Of a stretch of 64,000 bases of DNA, positions 10,464 through 20,154 are shown one piece after another. Made by a program: the position numbers and the translations under genes. Source of the DNA: Treponema sp. (GTDB lineage Bacteria; Spirochaetota; Spirochaetia; Treponematales; Treponemataceae); the NCBI GenBank assembly GCA_024699235.1, contig JAILPY010000175.1, positions 10,873-74,872 on the forward strand, given 5' to 3'. The notes beneath the pieces were generated by a model, which was not told the DNA's origin, did not search any database, and worked only from the letters and a program-made list of their open reading frames with translations. Within the stretch, counting starts at the first letter, position 1. Each line of letters starts with the position of its first letter.

Positions 10464-11372
10464 TTAACCCTTTACTGAACCTGCAAGAAGTCCGCGTACG
10501 AAGAATTTCTGCAATCCTAAGAAGACTATAAGAGGCAGAACCATAGAAACAAATGCTCCTGCTGTTAATAGGTGCCAGTCTGTGCCTCTCGTTCCGGCCA
10601 TGTTCATAAGGCGTACGGTAACAACCTGTACCATATTTTTTGATCCGCTAAGGAATACAAGTGATACAAGCATGTCATTCCATACCCAGATAAACTGGAA
10701 AATTGCAAATGAAGCTATTGCTGGAACGCTTAATGGCAGGATTAGCCTTACGAATGTTGTAAAGTGGCTGGCACCGTCTATAAATGCTGATTCAAGAATT
10801 GAACGTGGCAGCGTTGAGATGTAGTTATACATCATGTATGTTGCAAGAGGAAGTCCAAAACCTGCATGTGCAAGCCAGATTCCAAGATATGTACCGTTAA
10901 GGTGTATCTTCTGGTAGTCACGCAATATAGGGATAAGGGAAATCTGCAATGGAACAACCAGTAACGCTACGACCATTCCGAACATTATGTTCCTTCCCTT
11001 AAAGTCGAGCCATGCAAAGCCGTATGCTGCAGCTGCTGCAATAAAGATTGGTATGATTACTGCAGGGAGGGTGACTGTAATAGAAGTAAGGAATGCACTG
11101 AGCATTGTGGCTCCACGAACTGCTTGAGTTCCTGTTGCATTACCAACATTGTATCGCTGTCCAAAAAGGACTTGGTTATAGTTGTCAAGCGTAAAGCTTT
11201 TCAAGTCAGAGAATGCTTTCCACCATCCTGTTGCATTTACAGAATCTGCAGCTCGGAAAGATGTTATGAATATACCTAACGTAGGAATGGTCCACATGAT
11301 ACAGACTAAAACAAGAACTACAGTAATTATTGTTCTTGCAGGTGTTTTCTTACGGTTATCTGCTTCTTTCAT
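10464..11372 (-). CDS. Carbohydrate ABC transporter permease (MalG/AglG-like)
   Basis: Multiple TM segments; ESAFIDGAS EAA motif. Confidence 0.9.
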   Translation of the reverse strand: MKEADNRKKTPARTIITVVLVLVCIMWTIPTLGIFITSFRAADSVNATGWWKAFSDLKSFTLDNYNQVLFGQRYNVGNATGTQAVRGATMLSAFLTSITVTLPAVIIPIFIAAAAAYGFAWLDFKGRNIMFGMVVALLVVPLQISLIPILRDYQKIHLNGTYLGIWLAHAGFGLPLATYMMYNYISTLPRSILESAFIDGASHFTTFVRLILPLSVPAIASFAIFQFIWVWNDMLVSLVFLSGSKNMVQVVTVRLMNMAGTRGTDWHLLTAGAFVSMVLPLIVFLGLQKFFVRGLLAGSVKG

Positions 11373-12460
11373 TTGAATGCCTCCCTATTGCGGAATTCTC
11401 TGAGGTTATAATAAACTACAGGACTGACACCAATCAAAATCAGAATGGCGATGGCAGAACCTCTTCCATAGTTTTGGAATGTGAACATCTGTTTGTACTG
11501 CTGTGAAGCTAAAACTTCTGTACCAAACATACCGTTAGTCATTGAGTAAACGATATCAAAGCACTTAAGCGCTGCAAGCAGGATTGTCGTACTTACGCTT
11601 ATTATGGAACCTCTGATATTAGGGATGATAACCTGCATCAATATGCGGAATTCTCCAGCTCCGTCTATACGGGCTGCTTCTATCATGTCATCAGGAACTG
11701 CTTTTAATGCTGCCGATAAAACAACTAAGGCAAATCCAGTCTGAAGCCAGACGAATATTGCAATTAAAAAGAGATTGTTCCAAGGTGCATTCTGCAGCCA
11801 GTTCTGAGGTTCCCCCCCGCAGACTACGACAAGTGCATTTAACAAGCCTATCTGTTCAGCTCCTCCAAATTTGGCTGAATACATGAACTTAAAAATAACG
11901 CCTGCACCAACCAATGAAATTGACATAGGCAGAAAGATAAATGTTTTTCCAATTTTTTCTATATAGCTTCGGTCAGCAAGAATTGCTGCTATGAGACCTA
12001 ATATTACGCTGAATGCTGTTCCGCACAAAAGCCATATAATTGTATTGCGTATGGAAATTAGCATGGAGCGGTCTGTGAAAAGGTAAATATAGTTTTCCAG
12101 TCCTACAAATTTACTTGAATCTCTGTTCATAAAGCTGAATGCAAGAGAACGGACTGTTGGAATAAGCAGGTACCATGCAAGGATAATTACAGCAGGTCCT
12201 ACAAAGATATAAGGCACTATTTTGTTATATGTTTTTGTAGGAAAAGCCTGAGCCAAAAGGTTAAGTGAATAAAAGATAAGGGCGACACTGCTTACACCCC
12301 ATGCGATAGCAATGATGGTTGTAAGGATTTGTGGGAAATTATCATTCCGCAGCAGAAGAAAGCCGCCGATAGCAACAAGGATTGTAATGGTAACAACTGA
12401 AATTGTTTTTGCTAAATCGGGGGCTGAGACCGTTTGTTTCAGAGCTTTTGTCTCAGACAT
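11369..12460 (-). CDS. Carbohydrate ABC transporter permease (MalF/AglF-like)
   Basis: FVGLENY; EAARIDGAG EAA motif. Confidence 0.9.
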   Translation of the reverse strand: MSETKALKQTVSAPDLAKTISVVTITILVAIGGFLLLRNDNFPQILTTIIAIAWGVSSVALIFYSLNLLAQAFPTKTYNKIVPYIFVGPAVIILAWYLLIPTVRSLAFSFMNRDSSKFVGLENYIYLFTDRSMLISIRNTIIWLLCGTAFSVILGLIAAILADRSYIEKIGKTFIFLPMSISLVGAGVIFKFMYSAKFGGAEQIGLLNALVVVCGGEPQNWLQNAPWNNLFLIAIFVWLQTGFALVVLSAALKAVPDDMIEAARIDGAGEFRILMQVIIPNIRGSIISVSTTILLAALKCFDIVYSMTNGMFGTEVLASQQYKQMFTFQNYGRGSAIAILILIGVSPVVYYNLREFRNREAFK

Positions 12461-12477
12461 ACATCCTCCTTTTATGA

Positions 12478-12504
12478 AAGGCTGAAGGTTTTACCTTCAG
12501 CCTT
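12478..12504 (-). terminator. Intercistronic stem-loop after the substrate-binding gene (partial terminator or mRNA stabiliser)
   Basis: Perfect 12-bp stem AAGGCTGAAGGT/ACCTTCAGCCTT with a 3-nt loop between SBP and first permease. Confidence 0.7.
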
Positions 12505-12538
12505 AATGTGTTACTTTAACAAGACATCATCTATTTGA

Positions 12539-13852
12539 TTAGCGAGGCCATGTTTCATCAATTGTCTTCAAGCACTGTTCTGCGCTTTCAGCACCACTTA
12601 CATAGTTAACCATTCCAGTCCAGAATGAACCTGAGCCAACTTCTGTAGGCATAAGGTCTGAACCGTCAAAGCGGAATACTGTTGCATTTACAAGAATCTT
12701 TGCAATGTCACGCTCAAGGCTGTTTCCGTAGTCATCGAAGTTCTGAGTCTTGTGTGGGAACAAGGCACCGCCGATGCGTGCCCATGGAGCACATGCCTCC
12801 CATGTTGTCAGGAATGTAAGGAATTCTTTTACGCCTTCCTTTTCAGTGAATGCAACGAACTGGTCTCCACCGCCAAGAACTGGTGTTCCCCACTGAGGAT
12901 CAACTCCTGGCAATGCAAATACACCTACGTTTTCTTCAAGATTTGCCTGAATCTCATCCTGCATGAATCCAGTTATAAAGTTACCCTGACGGTTCATCAT
13001 AGCTGTTGGAGGATTTGTGAACAATGGCTTTACACAGTCACCATAGTTCTGGGCAATAATGTTATTAGGACCGCCAAGGGTATACTTTTTGTTCAAGAAA
13101 ATTTCACCACAATATTCAAGTGCCTTTACAACAGCTGGATCATTGAAAGCAATTTCGTGGTTTACCCATTTGTCATATACATCAGGACCTGCTGTTCTAA
13201 GCATCATGTCTTCGAGCCAGTCTGTTCCAGGCCAACCTGTAGCTGCTGCTGATTCAAAGCCAATTGACCATGGTGCAATTCCGTCAGCAACCATCTTGTC
13301 TTCGAGCTTGCGCAATTCATCCCATGTTGTAGGAATTGTATAGCCGCGTTTTGCCCATTCTTTCTTGTTGTACCAAACAAAACTCTTTGCATTTACGCGA
13401 TGGAATATACCATATGTCTGTCCTTTGTAAGAACCTAAATCTTTCCATACTGAAGCATAGTTTGCATCTATTGCTGCAATAACTTCTGAAGGCAGGGGCT
13501 TTAAATATCCGGCTTCTGCAAAACGCTTCATTGTTCCTGGCTGTGGAAGGGCTGCGATGTCAGGAGGAGTGCCTGCCTGAGTTTCAACCTGAATCTGAAC
13601 TTCAAAGTCAGGGCTTCCTGCATAAACTACATTGTAGCCAGTCTTTTCATTGAAAATCTTTACGATTTCCTGGAAACGAGCTTCTTCCTCTCCACGGAAA
13701 GCACCCTCAATGCGGATTGTCTTGTCTTCTGCTTTTCCTGTGCTTGAAGCGCCTGTTGATGTTGCATCATTTTTGCTGCAACCCATAGAAAGTGCGGCCA
13801 ATGCAGCAGCAGAAATTGCTGCCATGGTCTTTACAATTGTACACTTTTTCAT
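12539..13852 (-). CDS. Sugar ABC transporter substrate-binding lipoprotein (alpha-glucoside AglE-like)
   Basis: LSMGC lipobox; GTPPDIAALPQPG; FDGSDLMPTEVGSGSFW; GGAGG Shine-Dalgarno. Confidence 0.85.
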   Translation of the reverse strand: MKKCTIVKTMAAISAAALAALSMGCSKNDATSTGASSTGKAEDKTIRIEGAFRGEEEARFQEIVKIFNEKTGYNVVYAGSPDFEVQIQVETQAGTPPDIAALPQPGTMKRFAEAGYLKPLPSEVIAAIDANYASVWKDLGSYKGQTYGIFHRVNAKSFVWYNKKEWAKRGYTIPTTWDELRKLEDKMVADGIAPWSIGFESAAATGWPGTDWLEDMMLRTAGPDVYDKWVNHEIAFNDPAVVKALEYCGEIFLNKKYTLGGPNNIIAQNYGDCVKPLFTNPPTAMMNRQGNFITGFMQDEIQANLEENVGVFALPGVDPQWGTPVLGGGDQFVAFTEKEGVKEFLTFLTTWEACAPWARIGGALFPHKTQNFDDYGNSLERDIAKILVNATVFRFDGSDLMPTEVGSGSFWTGMVNYVSGAESAEQCLKTIDETWPR

Positions 13853-13897
13853 CCGATACCTCCTGTTTATGTACGGACAATTTAATAGAAACCATAT

Positions 13898-14914
13898 TTA
13901 TCTGGTTGTTTCCCGTTCTATAATGTCAAGTGGAACATTCATGTTTACGACTGGCCTTGAAGGTTCTTTCATCCTTGCCAAGACAAGATCAGCTGCTGCC
14001 TTTCCTGACATATCCAGATTCTGATTTACGGTACTTAGACCGATATATCCAGAAATATCTACATTATCAAATCCCAGCACCTTTATGTCTTTAGGTACTA
14101 GGATTCCTGCTTCCCGTGCAAGATGCACAAAACGTGCTGCAATCAGATCGCTTGAGCAGAATACGCAGTCAGGTAAAGTTTTTGCTGCAAGAAAATCTGC
14201 AATGCCTTTATCTAGCTGCTGATCAGTAAACTCTCCAATCCACACGTGTTCTGGCTGTATTACAATGCCTTGATTTGCAAAGTAAAATTTGAAGCCTCTG
14301 AAACGGTCCTCTGTGGCTGAGACGGCGTAAGAAAGCCTGGACTGTTCTCCTATAAATCCTGGACGCCGGCATCCTTGCTCATACAGAAACTGTGCTGCTT
14401 TCTGGCCTCCCAAAAGGTTATGAATGTTTACACAGTCAAAGTTATCTAAATCGTTCTCAACGAAACAAACTGGAAATTCTGCATCATGCAAAAGGTCTAA
14501 TACAAATCGTTCCAGATGAACGCACAGGAATATTAATCCGTCAACGCGTCTCGTTGTTACCATTGTACTGACGTAATTATTAAGGTCTTCTGTTGAATCT
14601 ATGGAATATATGACCAATTCATAGTGTTCAGGAGCAAGAACCCTTGCTATGCCCCTTAGTCGTTCCATAAATGACGGCTGGGTAAAAAATGGTGCAATTA
14701 CACCTATTTTCCTGTATGATTTCCTTGCATTTGCAACGGCATCTGCCTTAGGAACAAAATTCAATTCCTTTATTGCATTTAAAACTTTGAGCCTTTTGTC
14801 TTCTCCTACTTTATCAGGCTCGTTCAAGACTCTAGAAACTGTTGCAGAACTGACTCCAGCTAGGCGGGCTACGTCATAAATTGTGCTTGGCTTTGCTGTT
14901 TTCATATCTGCCAC
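13898..14914 (-). CDS. LacI-family transcriptional regulator
   Basis: TIYDVARLAGVSSATVSRVLN helix-turn-helix; GFDN motif; GTG start with AAGGAG. Confidence 0.93.
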   Translation of the reverse strand: MADMKTAKPSTIYDVARLAGVSSATVSRVLNEPDKVGEDKRLKVLNAIKELNFVPKADAVANARKSYRKIGVIAPFFTQPSFMERLRGIARVLAPEHYELVIYSIDSTEDLNNYVSTMVTTRRVDGLIFLCVHLERFVLDLLHDAEFPVCFVENDLDNFDCVNIHNLLGGQKAAQFLYEQGCRRPGFIGEQSRLSYAVSATEDRFRGFKFYFANQGIVIQPEHVWIGEFTDQQLDKGIADFLAAKTLPDCVFCSSDLIAARFVHLAREAGILVPKDIKVLGFDNVDISGYIGLSTVNQNLDMSGKAAADLVLARMKEPSRPVVNMNVPLDIIERETTR

Positions 14915-14928
14915 TGTCTCCTTTTGTT

Positions 14929-14958
14929 ATGAAACTGCTTTCATGTAACTAGTTACAT
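14929..14958. promoter_or_regulatory. Two overlapping 16-bp palindromic operators (LacI-type)
   Basis: ATGAAACTGCTTTCAT (14929-14944, imperfect) and ATGTAACTAGTTACAT (14943-14958, perfect), lying between the -10 box and the RBS. Confidence 0.65.
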
Positions 14959-14984
14959 TATACACTGAACATTCTGTATGTCAA
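14957..14984 (-). promoter_or_regulatory. Consensus sigma70 promoter of the LacI-ABC-amylosucrase operon
   Basis: TTGACA-16 bp-TATAAT on the minus strand, with an upstream A-tract. Confidence 0.8.
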
Positions 14985-15043
14985 TGTTTTTTTTTCTTTT
15001 TTTTTGATTTTTAGAGAAATTTACTTTATGGATAGATATTTAA

Positions 15044-15076
15044 GGCCTTGCAGTTAAAGAAATATTCTGCAAGGCC
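15044..15076. terminator. Hairpin downstream of the CDF gene, likely terminator
   Basis: 10-bp stem GGCCTTGCAG/CTGCAAGGCC. Confidence 0.55.
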
Positions 15077-15105
15077 CTATTTTTAAAAGAATTGTATTGT
15101 AATTT

Positions 15106-16248
15106 TTATTCGCTGAAATCTATGTCTATTGCTATTTCCAGCTGATAGTCAGGATATAATTTTTGGATTTCACTGCATACTTCTTTCTGCACCTGTCTTC
15201 GGTCAGGAGCGTCAAAGCTTATTACTATATCGCATCGTATGGTTTTGCTTTTTTCGCTTACATAAAACCCGTGCAGCTGCAGTACATGTTCATGAGCCAA
15301 TGCAAGCTTGAAAATTTTATCCCTCATTTGGGCGCTGCTGTCATTTTTTGTATTTACTGAATATATTCCGACGGCTGTTAAAATTACATTGTGCTTTTCA
15401 TATACTTCACTTGTAATTGCCCTTATAAGTTCGTCTAATTCTCCTGCAGAATATGTATCTGGAATTTCTATGTGTATAGAACCGTTAAATGAGTCTGGGC
15501 CGTAATTATTAAGTACTAAATCATAAGCTCCGCTTACATCTTTAAAAGATAAGACTGTCTTTTTTATAGCGGATGAAAGGTCTGGGTCTGCACGTTCACC
15601 TAAGACTTTTGAAATTGTTTCATGCAGCATCTCAATTCCTGCTTTTATTATGAATAGCGATATAACTGCTCCTAGCCATGCTTCGATTGAAATATTTTTC
15701 CATATATAAAGAAATGCTGCTACAAGGGTTGAAGCAGATATGACTGCATCTAAAGTTGCGTCTTCGCCTGAGTTTACCAAAGATGCAGAGTTTGTTTCGA
15801 TTCCAACTTTTTTTACGAACCGACCTAATAGGATCTTGATTATGACGCCTGTACCTACGATGAAAAGTGAAACAGAAGTGTATTCTGGAATATCTGGCTT
15901 TATTATTTTTTTTATTGATTCTGTTAGTGATGTTATGCCTGCGTATAATACAATGATTGAAATTACCATTGCGCTTAAATATTCGATTCTTCCGTAACCG
16001 AAAGGATGTTTCTTATCAGGTGCCTTACCAGCAAGCTTAGTTCCTACTATTGTGATTAGCGAAGATGCTGCATCTGAAAGATTGTTTATGGCATCCAGCG
16101 TGATTGCAATTGAATGTGAAAGTATTCCTACAGAAGCTTTAAATGTAGCTAAAAATATATTTGTTGCTATTCCAATAGAACTTGTACGAACTATTTTTCG
16201 TTCTCTGTTTATGTCTGAGTCTGATGATGCTTTAAAAAATTTTCCCAT
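15106..16248 (-). CDS. Cation diffusion facilitator (CDF/FieF-like) metal transporter
   Basis: DAINNLSDA, HPFGYGRIEY, DATLD motifs; start placed at ATG 16248 (MGKFF), 6 nt after an extended -10. Confidence 0.88.
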   Translation of the reverse strand: MGKFFKASSDSDINRERKIVRTSSIGIATNIFLATFKASVGILSHSIAITLDAINNLSDAASSLITIVGTKLAGKAPDKKHPFGYGRIEYLSAMVISIIVLYAGITSLTESIKKIIKPDIPEYTSVSLFIVGTGVIIKILLGRFVKKVGIETNSASLVNSGEDATLDAVISASTLVAAFLYIWKNISIEAWLGAVISLFIIKAGIEMLHETISKVLGERADPDLSSAIKKTVLSFKDVSGAYDLVLNNYGPDSFNGSIHIEIPDTYSAGELDELIRAITSEVYEKHNVILTAVGIYSVNTKNDSSAQMRDKIFKLALAHEHVLQLHGFYVSEKSKTIRCDIVISFDAPDRRQVQKEVCSEIQKLYPDYQLEIAIDIDFSE

Positions 16249-16302
16249 ATATAAAATATAACATAATTTCAGCATAATAAAAAGGAAATGCTGTAAATGT
16301 TT

Positions 16303-18258
16303 TTATTTATTGCGTTCTTGTAAAAATGAAATGAAATCCTTTTTATTCATAGGTTTTGCAAAATAAAAGCCCTGTATGTAATCACAGTCCATTTTTTCAA
16401 GAAGCCTGTATTGGCTTTCAGTTTCGACACCTTCACATACAATCTTAAATCCCACGTCATGCATCATTGAAATTGTATTCCTTATGATTGTTTTTCCCGT
16501 AGGCGTTTCTACAATATCAACAATGCTTTTGTCAATTTTTACAAGGCTGAGCGGCAAGTCAATTGCCCTTTTTATATTTGAATAGCCGGTACCGTAGTCA
16601 TCCAATGAAAATGAGAAGTTATTTTTTATAAGAGTTTCTACGTTATTAAATTCTGTTTTTGAATGCATTCCAGCCATAGATTCTGTAATTTCAAGGTTTA
16701 TTCGCTCTGGAGGAGTTCCATATTTATTCTGTAACTGATTGATTTTGTCTAAAAGGTCTTTCTGAAGCAGCTGTTCCATTGACAGGTTTAATTCTATATA
16801 ATGCAATCCTGCATTTATAAGCTCCTTGTCTGTAACGAATGAAAATACGCTTTCTAAAACAAAATTGCCTATTGGCAGGATAAGTCCGGTTCTTTCTGCG
16901 GCAGGAATAAAGGTTCCAGGTGAAAGAAGCCCGTATTTAGGGTCATGCAGGCGTATCAGGGCTTCTGCAGAAACAAATTTTTTTGTCTTTAACTCAAAAA
17001 TTGGCTGATAGTACATTTCAAAGTTATTCTGCTTTAGTCCTGATGCAATGATATCAGAAATGTTTTCTTGGATCTTAAAGGCGTCAGAATTTATTATTTC
17101 GCTGGCTTTTAGCAAGTTTTGTCCCTGTTTTAAATACTGCTGAAAAAACAGGCTGAATTTTACCATTTTTTTAGCATCTGAAAAGTCTTTAGGAAAGTCG
17201 ACTATGCAAATCTTAGGGTCAAGAATGCTTATGTAACTGTCTTCACGAAAGTTTGTCCACATGTCAATGAGTTTTGGAAAGTCTCGTTCTATGTCAACGC
17301 CTTCTTGGTTGAATATAATCTGCATGTTTCCAGAAGAATGGTAATATAATTTATATCCATTCAGGATGCCTATGATTCTTTCAATTTTCTTTTCTGTATT
17401 TTTTATAAAAGTAAAGAATTTTTCATCTCCAAAATTATTTCTGGTTTCATGAACATTTGCAAAATTGATGAGAAGAATGGAAGCTGCTCTTTTTGAAAGC
17501 ATAAGGCATGTTAGCTGCTTTTCAAATGCCAGCCTGTTATACAGTCCTGTGTCAACATCAAAAGTTTCTTCAGAACGGTATAAGATTAAATGTACCATAA
17601 GGAGGGTGAAAGCTGTTGACAGCATTTCAAGCAGGTATCCTGTATTTAAAAACTGATAAATTGCAGCTCCAAATAGCAGCAGGTATGTAGAAACCATTGC
17701 GAGCCATCTCATGTTGCCTAGGTACCGCCTCATTATGCTTAAGTATATAAAGCCGAAAATGCCATATATTATTGAATAAATGTAAAGCGTGGGCATTAAA
17801 GGTCCGCGTTTGTATGCATTTTCTACGGTTATAGTGAATATCTGATGCGTAAAGAGATTTGACATTATGAAAAGGCATGATATTGTTATTGGAAGTATTA
17901 TGAAAATTTTATATGATGCTCTTTTAAGCTTGTATATGCTGTCTGTCTGGACAAATATAAGCACCGTATACGCAAGTGTCATGAATTGTCTGGATAAAAA
18001 GTAGCAGTACCCAAAAAAATATGAAATTACAACGCCGAATTTAAACACGGGTAATAACCTGTAGGACCACCCCATGAATATATCCATAAAGGTTGCTATA
18101 AGGCAAATCCATACAACCCATATAAAAGTTTTGTTTTCTATGCCATTTAGCATTTTCCTGTAATATATGGAAATTAAAATTGCCATATAAATGAAAACAG
18201 CTATGTAATTAAAAACTAGAATACTTTTCAATATTTTAACTCCAGGTAGAATGCACAC
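16303..18258 (-). CDS. Membrane-anchored EAL-domain c-di-GMP phosphodiesterase with degenerate GGDEF
   Basis: About 6-7 N-terminal TM helices; AEALIRL, LEITES, DDYGTGYS, KIDKS, EGVET, QGFYF; no intact GGDEF. Exact start uncertain. Confidence 0.87.
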   Translation of the reverse strand: MCILPGVKILKSILVFNYIAVFIYMAILISIYYRKMLNGIENKTFIWVVWICLIATFMDIFMGWSYRLLPVFKFGVVISYFFGYCYFLSRQFMTLAYTVLIFVQTDSIYKLKRASYKIFIILPITISCLFIMSNLFTHQIFTITVENAYKRGPLMPTLYIYSIIYGIFGFIYLSIMRRYLGNMRWLAMVSTYLLLFGAAIYQFLNTGYLLEMLSTAFTLLMVHLILYRSEETFDVDTGLYNRLAFEKQLTCLMLSKRAASILLINFANVHETRNNFGDEKFFTFIKNTEKKIERIIGILNGYKLYYHSSGNMQIIFNQEGVDIERDFPKLIDMWTNFREDSYISILDPKICIVDFPKDFSDAKKMVKFSLFFQQYLKQGQNLLKASEIINSDAFKIQENISDIIASGLKQNNFEMYYQPIFELKTKKFVSAEALIRLHDPKYGLLSPGTFIPAAERTGLILPIGNFVLESVFSFVTDKELINAGLHYIELNLSMEQLLQKDLLDKINQLQNKYGTPPERINLEITESMAGMHSKTEFNNVETLIKNNFSFSLDDYGTGYSNIKRAIDLPLSLVKIDKSIVDIVETPTGKTIIRNTISMMHDVGFKIVCEGVETESQYRLLEKMDCDYIQGFYFAKPMNKKDFISFLQERNK

Positions 18259-18325
18259 GGTTGCATGTGCATTTTACCATGAGTTTTAATTAAAATCTAT
18301 TCTCTGTATTATATTTTGTAATAGT

Positions 18326-19831
18326 TTATTCGTTTCCCTGCTCATCAACCTTTAGAGGGGTGTTCGTAAAGTCATAGCCTATTGTATACATTCTTCTTCC
18401 AGAGAAATAGTCAGTTGTCAGTTTTACGACAACGCCTGAAAGAATCAGCAGAGAAATGATGTTAGGAATTGCCATCAGGCCATTAACGATATCTGCTATT
18501 GTCCATACGGCGCTTACAGTCATATAAGGTCCTATGAATACTGCTATTATATATAGATAGCGATATAGCTTTACAGGGGTCATATTACCCTTTGAAAGAT
18601 ATTCAATGCAGCGTTCTGAATAATAGTCCCATCCAAGAATGGTTGTAAATGCAAAAAGAACAAGACAAATCATAAGGATGAATGAAATTACAACAGGAGG
18701 AATTCTTGGAAGCAGAGTCTGGAATGCTGCGTTTGTCATTTCAAAGCCAGTCAAATTTGAAATTTCTGGCTTTATCAAAAGTCCGATAACTATTGTAAGG
18801 CCAGTCATAGAGCAGATTACGATTGTATCAAAAAAAGTTCCCGTCATGGATATTATTCCCTGCTGAACGGCATGGTCTACTTTTGCAGCGGATGCTGCTA
18901 TAGGAGCTGATCCTAAGCCTGCTTCATTTGAAAATATTCCGCGTGCAATTCCTTTTTGCATGGCAACAATCATTGCACCTATTGCTCCGCCTGCAGCGGC
19001 TTTGAATCCAAATGCACCTTTGAAAATAGATTCAAATGCGGCAAGCAGATAGGAGATGTTGCAAAGCAGTGCAAGTATTGCGAATACTGCATATATAACT
19101 GCCATAAATGGAACGATAACGCTTGCTACATTGGAAATTCTCTTAAGGCCGCCTATGACAACAAGCGCTACAAGAATTGCCAGTATAAAAGACGAAATTA
19201 CGACAACCATTGAATAGTTTCCAATGCCTGGTATTGTAACTGTAGAAAGAGCTGCTTCTCCTGCAGCTGTTTTTGCGAAAGTCTGGATTCCATTTGTTAT
19301 TGAGTTGACTTGACTGAATGTTCCAATTCCAAAAAGTCCTACCATAGTTCCGAAAATTGCAAAGAGGACTGCCAGCAGCTTTCCAAGTGTAGGAAACTTT
19401 GCACCTACTCCTTTTTCACAGGTATAAAATGGTCCGCCCAAAATATGGCCGTCTGATTTTTCTTCGCGGTAATGGATTGCAAGCAAGCATTCTGCATATT
19501 TAGTTGCCATTCCAAGAAGGGCTGCAAGCCACATCCAGAAAAGGGCTCCTGGACCGCCTAATGCAATGGCTGTTGCTACTCCGACAATGTTTCCTGTTCC
19601 AACTGTTGCTGAAAGAGCAGTACATAAAGCCTTAAAGCTTGAAAGTTCTCCGTCTGCGCCGGCTTCACTTTTGCGGAAAATAGACTTTATTGCAAATTTG
19701 AGCTGTGCAAATTGGACTCCTCTTAACTTTATGGTGAGGAATACACCTGTTGCCAGAATGAGGATTATTAGCGGTAATCCCCAAACGAAGTCATCAATGA
19801 CTCCTAGGATAGAATTGATTTTTGCGAACAT
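18326..19831 (-). CDS. Alanine/glycine:cation symporter (AGCS family)
   Basis: ALSATVGTGNIVGVATAI, GGPGALFWMW, RGIFSNEAGLGSAP. Confidence 0.93.
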   Translation of the reverse strand: MFAKINSILGVIDDFVWGLPLIILILATGVFLTIKLRGVQFAQLKFAIKSIFRKSEAGADGELSSFKALCTALSATVGTGNIVGVATAIALGGPGALFWMWLAALLGMATKYAECLLAIHYREEKSDGHILGGPFYTCEKGVGAKFPTLGKLLAVLFAIFGTMVGLFGIGTFSQVNSITNGIQTFAKTAAGEAALSTVTIPGIGNYSMVVVISSFILAILVALVVIGGLKRISNVASVIVPFMAVIYAVFAILALLCNISYLLAAFESIFKGAFGFKAAAGGAIGAMIVAMQKGIARGIFSNEAGLGSAPIAASAAKVDHAVQQGIISMTGTFFDTIVICSMTGLTIVIGLLIKPEISNLTGFEMTNAAFQTLLPRIPPVVISFILMICLVLFAFTTILGWDYYSERCIEYLSKGNMTPVKLYRYLYIIAVFIGPYMTVSAVWTIADIVNGLMAIPNIISLLILSGVVVKLTTDYFSGRRMYTIGYDFTNTPLKVDEQGNE

Positions 19832-19869
19832 CAGTTCACCTCGAATAATTATGGAATAAAATTTTAAAC

Positions 19870-19898
19870 ATTATATAGAATAAAAGTTGCTGTTTCAA
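19870..19898 (-). promoter_or_regulatory. sigma70 promoter of the AGCS gene
   Basis: TTGAAA-17-TATAAT. Confidence 0.7.
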
Positions 19899-20038
19899 TA
19901 CTTGAAAGTTATCCCTAAAATGAGCAAGGAGAGTTTAGCCTGCTTGTCTGCTCAACGTTGTAAAAATTACTTGAGCTGCTAATTATAAATTTTCATTGTA
20001 AGCAATTTCACCTGTCTTATTGCTAAAATTATCTTGCA

Positions 20039-20154
20039 CAGTGCATATAATCGTTTAGCGCAGTGCATATAATCGTTTAATGCAGTGCATATAATCGTTT
20101 AACGCAGTGCATATAATCGTTTAACACAGTGCATATAATCGTTTAACGCAGTGC
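20039..20154. repeat. Tandem array of a 22-bp unit (5 full copies plus a partial; degenerate flanking units)
   Basis: CAGTGCATATAATCGTTTAACG-like units start at 20039, 20061, 20083, 20105, 20127, with a partial at 20149; differences are confined to the last 3 nt; no spacers. Confidence 0.97.

Noticed and set aside
14987-15005. Phase-variable homopolymer tracts (T9-C-T9)
   Set aside because: They lie upstream of the -35 and so do not change promoter spacing; consistent with a UP element.
19831-19960. Glycine riboswitch upstream of the AGCS gene
   Set aside because: The promoter is only about 40 nt from the start, and the GGAGAG seen is on the wrong strand.
20039-20154. CRISPR array
   Set aside because: Units are directly adjacent with no unique spacers, and there are no cas genes.
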